From Acetobacteraceae bacterium (lineage in GTDB: Bacteria > Pseudomonadota > Alphaproteobacteria > Acetobacterales > Acetobacteraceae): a stretch of DNA of 64,000 nt. Position 1 is the first letter of the stretch; each line of letters begins with the position of its first letter. Shown here one piece after another: positions 9,404-17,472 of this stretch. The notes beneath the pieces were generated by a model. The model saw only the letters and a list, made by a program, of their open reading frames with translations, searched no databases and was not told the origin of the DNA. A program made the position numbers and the translations under genes. The stretch is taken from NCBI GenBank assembly GCA_035535035.1, contig DATLQW010000184.1:15535-79534 (forward strand), written 5' to 3'.

Positions 9404-9619
9404 GGGCAAGGAGATGGCCAGATAAAGCAAAGGCCGCCCGAGATCGCTCTCTTGCGGCCCTTGAGCCGACAGCACGCTGCCGGCGGGTGAACCGGCATTA
9501 TGGGCACTTATCCCGGAAAATCAAGCAGATTGTCTTCGCGGCTTAGGAGTGTGCCGCCCGGGGGGGGGCCAGCCGGCGCCCCGACAACCGGGTGCCAACG
9601 TCCGGTGGCGCAGCGGCGC

Positions 9620-9817
9620 TCATGTCTCGATCTCCGCCACTGGCAGCCCGCCCGGGGCGGGGATGCAGCACCAGCAGCGCCAGCCCCGCGGGCGGTCGCG
9701 CTCGATCCACCACCAGCGGCCCCAGCATGTGGTACAGCGCTGCCCCGGTTCGGGGGCGGCCGTGTCCGCCCAGGCCGGCGGGCGGAAGCGGGGAGGCAGC
9801 GCCTCTGCCTCGATCAC
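9620..9817 (-). CDS. small Cys/Trp-rich protein (putative zinc-ribbon-like), GTG start
   Basis: Own translation: V-IEAEALPPRFRPPAWADTAAPEPGQRCTTCWGRWWWIERDRPRGWRCWCCIPAPGGLPVAEIET. GTG overlaps the stop of the upstream ORF (GTGA). Confidence 0.35.
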   Translation of the reverse strand: MIEAEALPPRFRPPAWADTAAPEPGQRCTTCWGRWWWIERDRPRGWRCWCCIPAPGGLPVAEIET

Positions 9818-10047
9818 GCCTCTGCCGCCGCAGCCTCGGCCTCGGCCAGTCGCCGCAGGTGGCGCCGCGCGGCAACCCGGTAGCTCGGCCTTAGCATCGG
9901 GTCCTCTGCTATCTGGTGAAGCAGCCGCAGGGCAACGTCCGTCGTCGCCGGCACCGGGTCGGGCGGCGCTTCCGGCGCCGGTTCCGGCTGCCAACGATGG
10001 GCCGCCGCGAAGGCACTCGCGCGCGGGGGGGACGTGGCCTCGATCAT
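9814..10047 (-). CDS. hypothetical small protein
   Basis: Internal ATG (MIEATSPPR...) whose ATGA overlaps the stop of a 51-aa upstream ORF. Part of a chain of coupled ORFs. Confidence 0.3.
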   Translation of the reverse strand: MIEATSPPRASAFAAAHRWQPEPAPEAPPDPVPATTDVALRLLHQIAEDPMLRPSYRVAARRHLRRLAEAEAAAAEA

Positions 10048-10199
10048 GTTCGCTCGCCAGCCGCCAGCCGCGGCGCCGCGGCCGCAGGACGGACGGGCGG
10101 CGCCGGCACCGGCTTCGGCGCCAGCTTGATCCGCCCCGCCTTGGCCTCGGCCAGCCAAGCCCGCCATGCGCGACGGGAGGATTTGCTCGTTACGCTCAT
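10044..10199 (-). CDS. hypothetical 51-aa protein
   Basis: Own translation MSVTSKSSRRAWRAWLAEAKAGRIKLAPKPVPAPPVRPAAAAPRLAAGERT. Its ATG overlaps the csp stop and its stop overlaps the next ATG. Confidence 0.3.
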   Translation of the reverse strand: MSVTSKSSRRAWRAWLAEAKAGRIKLAPKPVPAPPVRPAAAAPRLAAGERT

Positions 10200-10414
10200 G
10201 GAAGCACCTCGATGGCCAATGCGCGAGGGCCGCGCGTGTCCTCCACTATCGTGTACCGAACCGCGTCGCCGGCCGAGACCGCCACGCCGGGCGGCAAGGC
10301 GGCAGCAGTGAAGAACACGGCGCCGCCGCCGAAGTCAGAGCGAATGAACCCGAACCCGCGATCGACCGCGAACCGATCGACCGTCCCGGTTTCGCGGATC
10401 GTCACGCCGCTCAT
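10196..10414 (-). CDS. cold-shock domain protein (CspA family)
   Basis: Start at MSGVTIRETGTVDRFAVDRGFGFIRSD (the GFGFI RNP-1 motif). ATGA overlap with the upstream gene. Confidence 0.75.
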   Translation of the reverse strand: MSGVTIRETGTVDRFAVDRGFGFIRSDFGGGAVFFTAAALPPGVAVSAGDAVRYTIVEDTRGPRALAIEVLP

Positions 10415-11463
10415 GCCGGCTTCACAATCGGGGTTGCGTTCAGCGTAGCCGCAATTACGAGAGTACACCAGGCATCACCGCTCGGCTGCCGCAGATTTCC
10501 GATCTGCCGGATCGACTGCACGGCAAACTTCCCCTTAATCGCGGATTGATAATTCGGCGCAGACGGGATCGCCGCCCGCGCGGTCTGGACAAAACCCGGC
10601 ATCGCCGTGCTGGTCTGGGGAAACTCTATGGTGTCACCAACCTGGATGTCGGCGCGCATGGCAAATTTAGCCTGGATCGTTGCTTGCCTGATCCACATTG
10701 GTTGGCCGATCATGTCCTCGAACAGCAGCGGCTTCGGCGCTGGCTGGTACGTCGAATCGAACACGCGAATCGTGTCCCCATTCGCCACGATCTGCGTCCC
10801 TGGCACGATGTCATTCAGCAGCCGCGCGAGACCGGATAACGTTGACGCGACGTGCTTTTCGTCGTGCGACAACACGGTGTCGGCGATGCTGATATTGATC
10901 GGGACTCCGGCATAGGCCGCTGCCAGCGTCGTTTGCAGCGCGCTCTTGAGCGTGGTTCCCGCAGTCCAATTCAGGACGATGTTGCCAGGGGCGGCCAGCG
11001 TGTAAATAGCCGGGTAAACGACAAAACTCATGTTTATTTCGGTCGCCTGCCAGTTGCCATAAGCTTGCAAAACCTGACCTTGCAGGATCAAGCCGGCTTG
11101 CTGTGGTTTGGCGAGCGGCAGTCCTGGCCCCATGCCGGCGCGCAACGTCAAAAGCTGGCCGGCGAACTGCTGCGCATTGGTCAGCAGCGCCGGACTGATC
11201 CCTTCGATCCGGACCGTAGAGCCGCCCATCGGGGTGGCCGCCGGAAAGACGAAAGTGTCAAATTCGATATTTAGAGCGCCAGGATCATAGGGGCTGGTGC
11301 CACCGCCAGGAATGCCGAACGCGGTCAACGGCGCGCCGAGCAGTGCGGCGCCAGAGTTACCGCCGCCGATGCCGCCCGGATAGCTCGTATAATGCAGCGT
11401 GGCCGCGCCCGGTGCTGCACCCGGTTTGGGGGGCGGCTGGATTTTTATGTCATAGTACCTCAC
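10411..11463 (-). CDS. hypothetical protein, possibly phage structural
   Basis: 350-aa ORF with good GC3 and coupled to its neighbours. No family recognised. Confidence 0.55.
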   Translation of the reverse strand: MRYYDIKIQPPPKPGAAPGAATLHYTSYPGGIGGGNSGAALLGAPLTAFGIPGGGTSPYDPGALNIEFDTFVFPAATPMGGSTVRIEGISPALLTNAQQFAGQLLTLRAGMGPGLPLAKPQQAGLILQGQVLQAYGNWQATEINMSFVVYPAIYTLAAPGNIVLNWTAGTTLKSALQTTLAAAYAGVPINISIADTVLSHDEKHVASTLSGLARLLNDIVPGTQIVANGDTIRVFDSTYQPAPKPLLFEDMIGQPMWIRQATIQAKFAMRADIQVGDTIEFPQTSTAMPGFVQTARAAIPSAPNYQSAIKGKFAVQSIRQIGNLRQPSGDAWCTLVIAATLNATPIVKPA

Positions 11464-11801
11464 TGCGCCCGGCGCACGCTCAACTGGTCTGCGTACTGGA
11501 AAAGCATGGCCGATGCCACGCCAGCGGCAACATGCGGCGGCACGCCAGCGGCTTCGGCATAGGCTGCAACGGGGCCAGCGAGGGCTTCCAGCAACCGGCC
11601 GCGCAGCGCGAATGCGTCGGGCAGATCGTCCGGGAGGCCGCCTATCACAACCGTGTCGGCACCGAGCGCAGCGGCGGTGGCTTCGGCGCGCGCTTCAAAT
11701 TCCCGAAGAGCCTCGCCGGGGCGGCGGTCAATCGTCATGCCCCCCGCCGTCGCCTGGACCGGCTCGCCGGGCAGGCCGCCGGTGATGCGGATCAGCGGCA
11801 T
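11460..11801 (-). CDS. hypothetical protein
   Basis: 113-aa ORF, 4-nt overlap with the downstream gene. Confidence 0.5.
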   Translation of the reverse strand: MPLIRITGGLPGEPVQATAGGMTIDRRPGEALREFEARAEATAAALGADTVVIGGLPDDLPDAFALRGRLLEALAGPVAAYAEAAGVPPHVAAGVASAMLFQYADQLSVRRAQ

Positions 11802-11802
11802 G

Positions 11803-12141
11803 CTATTGTCCTCTCAACTCGCGCGCCGCCTGCTCCTGCATCCGAGATGCCTCGCGCGCGAGGTCGGTGTCGAGCTTGCCGACGCATCCGGGCGTCATGA
11901 ATAGTTGCATCCACGCCATGTTGTCGCCCGTCCAGGTTGTGATCGTGCGGCCGGCGGGGTCGCTATGCGTGTGCGCATAAAGTCGCCCGCCGTTCGCCAA
12001 CTCTGTCGATTGCCGCCCCCCTTTCGCCTCCATCGCCGCCTTCACCCGCGCCGCGCTGGCGGAGTCCTGCCGCGCCAGATACGTCTGGTGCAACCGATCG
12101 AGGCGCGGAATGTCAAACGCGCTCAGCGCATCATCAATCAT
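11803..12141 (-). CDS. hypothetical protein
   Basis: Start at MIDDALSAF, chosen because its ATGA overlaps the upstream stop. Confidence 0.5.
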   Translation of the reverse strand: MIDDALSAFDIPRLDRLHQTYLARQDSASAARVKAAMEAKGGRQSTELANGGRLYAHTHSDPAGRTITTWTGDNMAWMQLFMTPGCVGKLDTDLAREASRMQEQAARELRGQ

Positions 12142-12629
12142 TGCGATTTTTCCGCCATGTGTCGGTTGATCAACCCGGCCGCGCCGGGGCGTGTGAACGA
12201 ATCCCAAATGCCCGCCATATAATCCTGGCCGATCCACTTTGTTACCAGCCGCCCAGCGCCGTCGCGCTCGCGAATGACGCGCATCCGCCCGGCGGGCACC
12301 GTCGAAGGATCAAGCGCCGCGGTGGCGGCGTCGGCGTACACTCGTTCCTCAACCGTGTCCATCATTAACGCCGGAATATGCCCGAACGGCCGGCCCGCGA
12401 ATTTCGGCGCGTGTTCCTGCACGGCCGCCAGCATGCGCTGGCGGTATTCCTGGGGCCGCTCCCCAGGAACCGGCGCCGTTGTCGCGACACCCCAGAGGCC
12501 CAGAACCGCATCGGCGCGGTGCTGGGCGGCATCGAGCGCGACAACGTCCTCGCCGGTGAGGGGAGCGATGCGCTGGCCGAGTTGCACAGCCCTGTAGTTG
12601 AGTCTGGCCAGGTCCAGAGCGGCGCTCAT
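12138..12629 (-). CDS. hypothetical protein
   Basis: Start at MSAALDLARLNY, chosen because its ATGA overlaps the upstream stop. The longer ORF N-terminus is Arg-rich junk. Confidence 0.5.
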   Translation of the reverse strand: MSAALDLARLNYRAVQLGQRIAPLTGEDVVALDAAQHRADAVLGLWGVATTAPVPGERPQEYRQRMLAAVQEHAPKFAGRPFGHIPALMMDTVEERVYADAATAALDPSTVPAGRMRVIRERDGAGRLVTKWIGQDYMAGIWDSFTRPGAAGLINRHMAEKSQ

Positions 12630-12817
12630 CGGCCAACCTCGGTGATGTCGCGGTGGTATTGGGCCGCGCGGGTCAGCGCATCGCTCTTGGCCGCCGCCTC
12701 CGTGGCGCGGGCGCGCATTTGGGCGGCGACGGTCGGCTCGGCGGCGAAACGGTGCCAGGCGTCGGCCAGTCGGCGCTGCGCCTCGGCATGCTGTGCGGCG
12801 TGTTCGGTAGCGTTCAT
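12626..12817 (-). CDS. hypothetical 63-aa protein
   Basis: Coupled on both sides by 4-nt overlaps. Confidence 0.45.
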   Translation of the reverse strand: MNATEHAAQHAEAQRRLADAWHRFAAEPTVAAQMRARATEAAAKSDALTRAAQYHRDITEVGR

Positions 12818-13224
12818 TCCGGCGTAGTTCCTTCCATTGCGACGGCAGTTTCGTGGAGAACGCGCGCGCGGTGTTCCGCGGCGGTGGCGGCTCGGTCAGC
12901 ATGCACGGCCGCGCAACGGCGCAGCGCGTCGAGGTGAAGGGCGGCGGTGCCGGACGGACCGGCAGTTTGCGTCACCGCGGCTGAAGCGGTGCCGGGTGGG
13001 GTGCCCCCGCCGACCCGGGACGGAGCAACCGGGTCGGCGGCGGCGTCCGCGGCGGCGGGCATGACTTCGCCGCCGGGGATTTCGATCTGGTCACAGAATG
13101 TCCGCAGTGCCGTAGTGACGATGTAGGACCGCGATCGGTCCTCTGCCTCGGCAATGCGGTCGGCCCGCGCAATGAGGTCGGGAGGAAGGGTAACGCAAAC
13201 CGGAATTCGGGGCGAAGCATTCAT
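12814..13224 (-). CDS. ribbon-helix-helix (CopG/Arc-like) domain protein
   Basis: The N-terminus VCVTLPPDLIARADRIAEAEDRSRSYIVTTALRTF is a typical RHH pattern. An AT-rich region with direct repeats lies upstream. Confidence 0.6.
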   Translation of the reverse strand: MNASPRIPVCVTLPPDLIARADRIAEAEDRSRSYIVTTALRTFCDQIEIPGGEVMPAAADAAADPVAPSRVGGGTPPGTASAAVTQTAGPSGTAALHLDALRRCAAVHADRAATAAEHRARVLHETAVAMEGTTPE

Positions 13225-13344
13225 ACCGCTGTATATAGGGTATTACTGCCTATCCTGCAACACAAATCGTCACGTATGCCAGCGAACATTCATGAACAAC
13301 TATGCACAACTATGACCATTACTTACGGGTGGGGGCACGGCGGC

Positions 13345-15306
13345 CTAGCCAGCGAGCGCCATCCGACGCGGGTCAAGCCCGATCACGATGCCGGCCAGCA
13401 GCGCCATCCGCAACGGGTCCGCCGCCATGTCCTCGCCAGCCCGGAAAGTCAGCGCGCCGGCCAGCGGCGAGTCTTTTGCCTTTGAGTGTGCCGGCATCGC
13501 GATCTTCACGTCGCCGCACGCGACATGCCCGGCCGCCGACAGTGCCAGCGCGGCAGGGTCCAGCAGCAATTCCGGCGGTATTGCCTCGCAGGGGATGCCG
13601 CGGTGTTGCAGTTGCGGCAGCAACGGTTCCGCGCACCAGATCGCCGAAAGCTGGCCGCCGTACTGCGTCTCGCAGGCGATCGACAGCTCTTGCAGCCGGC
13701 GCGCGGCGTCGCCGAACGTGGCGCCGGTCATCGGGCCAACATCAAAGTCCAAAAGCACGAGACCGGCCCCGTCGAGGTCCGCAAGATATGCAACAGCGGC
13801 GATGCCGGATAGCGCCACAATTAGAACGGCCGTGACCATTTGCGGCCCGCGCGGCAGCGGCACCGGGGCGTCGTCAACGAGCAACTGCTGCCGCCGCAAC
13901 AATGCGGGCCGCCGGTCCAGATCGAGCAGCGTCAGCACGCCGGCCACGGCATTCGCCACGTCATCGTGCGCGCCGGGGGGGTGGTCGATGCTGTCTTTTC
14001 CGCTGCGCGCCGTTCGCCGTTCCAGCCCGGTCAACTGTGCGGTCAGGCGAGGCAAGTCTAGCAGTTCAATTCGCCTCGCGTTCGCAAGGGGCAGGAAGTC
14101 GTGATAGAGGTCTGATTTTGGTCGCGCGCATTGCTCGAATGTAATTCCGTGCGCCGCGAACCGCGCTACCGGCCAATTACCAGCATAGCGGTCGCCAACG
14201 ATGCGCGAGATGCTGTATCGGCGCAGCAGCCCGGCGCACTCTGTCACTGCCACGTCAGGGTCGAAGGGCGCACGAATTTCTAGAATGGCGTCGAGCACGC
14301 CTAGGTCACCGTCGAGATGCGCCACCGCTAGCGTCATGCTGTCACTTGATCCGCCGGACGGGTCACAGAAGCCGGCATAGGTGGTGCCAGCATCGGGGGG
14401 CAATTCGTGCCGGCCGGTCGCCGTGATGGCGTCGATAGCCTCGCGGGAGATAAAGTCAACAAGATCATCGCGAAATTCTGCGCCGTATTCTGCGCGCGCG
14501 CTCTCCGGGTCTTTCTCATATTCCCGCTCCAAGGTCTTCGCCGGAAAGCCCGGGTTCATCGTCGCGGTGCTGGCTTGCCATATTAAAACGTCAGCATTTG
14601 GCTGGGCGTAGTATTGCCGAAACGTCCGGTACAACTCGCCCTTCTTCGCATAGGGGCTGGACGCCAGCAGCAACATTGCGCCTGGGATCGTGCCCAGCGC
14701 CGGACGCAAGGCGCGTAGAATTTCGGTATCGGGGTTGCTGCTGCTTTCGTCGGTACGCCAAAATGCAATTTCGTCGCACAGCGCCGCGATCAGCGTGGCG
14801 CCACGCACGGACCGAAACGACGCGGTGCCGATCTCGATCATCGTTCGGTTGGTGAGGGTGATCGATTCGGTGTTGCTGTCCGCGACCATCGGCGCCAGCA
14901 GTTCGGTGTGTTTCAGCAGACCATGCGCGAAACGGAATATGGCGCGGGCCTGCTTCCGATCGGTGGCTATGACCGCGACCGCGCCAATCTCGCCGGGGGC
15001 CAAGTATTCGCTGTAGTCGCGGAACGTCGCGAGAAACACCGCGATAAGGGCGAGGATGCGACTCTTGCCGCCGCGTCGGCCAACGATCAGCGCCGCCTCG
15101 GTTGCTGGTTCCGTAGGCCAGTCTCTTCGGCCGGTGCATGCGATGTAGATTTCCAGGTCGCCCGGCTCGGGGGGCAGTGCGAACAGGGCGCGCAAGAAGC
15201 AACGCCATCGGGTCCAGGTGTCGCCGTGCTTGGCGTGCGGGCGGAAGTGTGGACCAAACAAATCCGGGTCCGCGAGTGCCGCGATGATGTCGGGTCCGGC
15301 ATCCAT
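13345..15306 (-). CDS. phage terminase large subunit with about 180-aa C-terminal extension
   Basis: Walker A-like GRRGGKS, then LCDEIAFW, then nuclease part FCDPSGGSSDS...GAHDDVANAV. Confidence 0.85.
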   Translation of the reverse strand: MDAGPDIIAALADPDLFGPHFRPHAKHGDTWTRWRCFLRALFALPPEPGDLEIYIACTGRRDWPTEPATEAALIVGRRGGKSRILALIAVFLATFRDYSEYLAPGEIGAVAVIATDRKQARAIFRFAHGLLKHTELLAPMVADSNTESITLTNRTMIEIGTASFRSVRGATLIAALCDEIAFWRTDESSSNPDTEILRALRPALGTIPGAMLLLASSPYAKKGELYRTFRQYYAQPNADVLIWQASTATMNPGFPAKTLEREYEKDPESARAEYGAEFRDDLVDFISREAIDAITATGRHELPPDAGTTYAGFCDPSGGSSDSMTLAVAHLDGDLGVLDAILEIRAPFDPDVAVTECAGLLRRYSISRIVGDRYAGNWPVARFAAHGITFEQCARPKSDLYHDFLPLANARRIELLDLPRLTAQLTGLERRTARSGKDSIDHPPGAHDDVANAVAGVLTLLDLDRRPALLRRQQLLVDDAPVPLPRGPQMVTAVLIVALSGIAAVAYLADLDGAGLVLLDFDVGPMTGATFGDAARRLQELSIACETQYGGQLSAIWCAEPLLPQLQHRGIPCEAIPPELLLDPAALALSAAGHVACGDVKIAMPAHSKAKDSPLAGALTFRAGEDMAADPLRMALLAGIVIGLDPRRMALAG

Positions 15307-15838
15307 CAGACTGCCTCGCCAGTGGCGCCAGGAACGCGCAGGGCGGGCGCGGGCGTTGGGGTGCCCGACTGTGGCGCGAGGGGTCGGCGGCTGCTGCTGG
15401 CGCCGCGCTGGCGCGGGCGTTGGCGGTTTTCTCCGCGAGGTGGTCGGCCAGGGTCTTGGTGCGTTGCGGTGCGCCGATCATCCCCAACTGGCGCAGCAAC
15501 CGGGCATAGCTGTTCGCCCAGGCCAAATAAGTGCGGCTGTCATGGTCGGTTTGGGCGCCGGAGTCGGCAAACTTGCGGTCCATCGTGGCGAGACGCAGGC
15601 GAAGCTGGCAAAGCTGGTCAATCAACGCCCGCTGGGTGGCGGAAGGGGTGCCGCCGACGTGCCGCACAAGTTCGGCGCGAGTCTCGCGCAGCAAGCGGGC
15701 TTCGCGTGTGCGCTGGTCCAGTTTCGCCAGGGCGGCGGGGCGGCTGTACGGGAGCAGGCCGCGAGCGTTCCAGGGGTTGGGCGGCCGGGGAGAATCAGCC
15801 ATCGATTGCGGACACTGTGCGGACATGAATTGCCTCAT
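15306..15838 (-). CDS. terminase small subunit-like protein (3' end uncertain)
   Basis: Reads MRQFMSAQCPQSMADSPRPPNPWNARGLLPYSRPAALAKLDQRTREARLLRETRAELVRHVGG... immediately upstream of TerL. This frame has no stop before the TerL ATG (see finding). Confidence 0.45.
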
Positions 15839-16127
15839 ACGCCCATAAATCGTTGCCGTGCAAGGGGTTCTCCGTGGGCCGCCGCCTGATTGGAAATCAG
15901 CGGGGCAGAGAAATGTGGTAACGGGATACCGCTTCCGCCCCCGGAAGCATCGGCGGATCGGGTGGTGTCGGATTCGCCAGCCCCGGCATTGGGCGCCCTC
16001 TGTTGCCGCTTTCGGGGGCTTCCCGTTCTTCCGTTCTTCTCTCGCCAACGACACCGCGTGTCCCGTGTGGTGTGGGTGCTGCGTGCTTCGGCGCAGCCCC
16101 ACCACCCTCGGGTCCGCACCCTCGCCG

Positions 16128-16233
16128 CCGTATGTGTCCCGTATGTCTCCCGTTCCCGTATGTGTCCTAGTTTTTACTAGGGAAAACGAAGACCTACGGC
16201 CGTTAGTCTCCCGTATGTCTTCCGTATGTCTCT
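16128..16233 (+). repeat. five direct iterons CCGTATGT(C/G)TCC flanking an AT-rich mini-hairpin; putative replication origin or regulator sites
   Basis: Copies start at about 16128, 16138, 16155, 16209 and 16222. CTAGTTTTTACTAG lies at 16167-16180. Confidence 0.5.
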
Positions 16234-16245
16234 GGGCATCTCGGG

Positions 16246-17472
16246 CTAGTCCGGGAATGCGTTTCCGATGTCCAACGTGGCTAGGATGGCGGCTGCTTTT
16301 GTGCCGTTGAGGACGGCGCGGTCCACTTTGTTCTTTGTTTCTGGATCGTACGTTTCTTGGGTCGTGAGGACGCCTTCCTCTCCCCACGCGGCAATGATCT
16401 TGGCGGCTTCGCGCTCGGACCGGCCGCCGATCTTCACCAGCGGGATGCCAGCCCAGGGTGTGCGCTTGGACTGCCTGTGCGGACTGTGTGGCGTCGTGCC
16501 GAGGCAATCGAGCACGGCGCGTAGTGTTGGGGTGTCCATGCCCTCGAACAGCTTGCGCGGCGTCCAGGTGGTCGCCACGGCCACGTTGTCGCCCTCTGGA
16601 TAGAGGGGATCAACGTGGCCGTTCCCGAGGTCCACGCTGACGAGGCGGAACCACGTCGCCTTTTCCGCCGGTGGAGCGTAGTTCTCTTTGCTGCCTGCGA
16701 TGCAAGAATAGCGCCACGGGTCGGGGATGTTCATCTGCTTCCCCAGCGCCGCATCCATGCGGGCCAGGATGCGGCAGGACCGGAACGTGGCGCGCAGGCT
16801 TGTTGCGCCCATGAGGTCGTCGGTGGTGCCGCTGCTGCCCTTGCGAAGGTGGTGGAGCACCAGCACTGCGGCCTTGGTCTAGCGTGCGATGCGCGCCATC
16901 TCCCCGGCCACTTTTGCGACCATGACGTTGTTATTGCCGTCATCGAGATTGTGGGCATGGTTGAACGGGTCGATGATCAGGAGGGCGGCGCCGATTTCGG
17001 CGATCTTTTTCTCGATCTGCGCGCTGTCGGGGAATTGGATCGCGCCGTCAACGATGGTGCCGAACGAAACGCGGTGCCCCGGCTTCCTGACGAAATGGAT
17101 ACCTGCCAGGACGGTGGCGTAATCGCACCTGTAATGGATGCATGCCGCGGCGACGCGGCGGTGCCATTCGTCTTCGTCGTCTTCGTAACTGACGATCACA
17201 ACCGGCCCGGGGCGCCAGACCCGCTCGCCCAACAGCGGCTCACCTGTGATCATGGCGAGTGCCATCACGGTGGCGATGGCGCCTTTGCCGCCGCCATCGA
17301 CCGCGCCCAGCACCGCGGCGCTGCCGAACAGCAGGAAGCGGCCGTAGGCCCAGGGGCGCGGCGGGATGTTGGGCGCGCCGGTCGCCGGGATGGTGACGCA
17401 TTCCAATGTGGCGCCGGCGTCGGTTGTGCGGGCGCGGTCCTTCGCCGCGTCAAAGTTTGGGAAGCCATCCAT
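16246..17472 (-). pseudogene. RepA/AAA_25-like replicative helicase-ATPase interrupted by an in-frame TAG
   Basis: ...VAGEMARIAR-TAG-TKAAVLVLHHLRKGSSG... is continuous in one frame. Walker A-like GAVDGGGKGA. TAG at 16881..16879. Confidence 0.7.

Noticed and set aside
14591-16507. 638-aa minus-strand ORF
   Set aside because: Only the segment from about 15838 to about 15306 looks like a real TerS-like protein. The rest is an off-frame read-through of TerL and of the iteron region.
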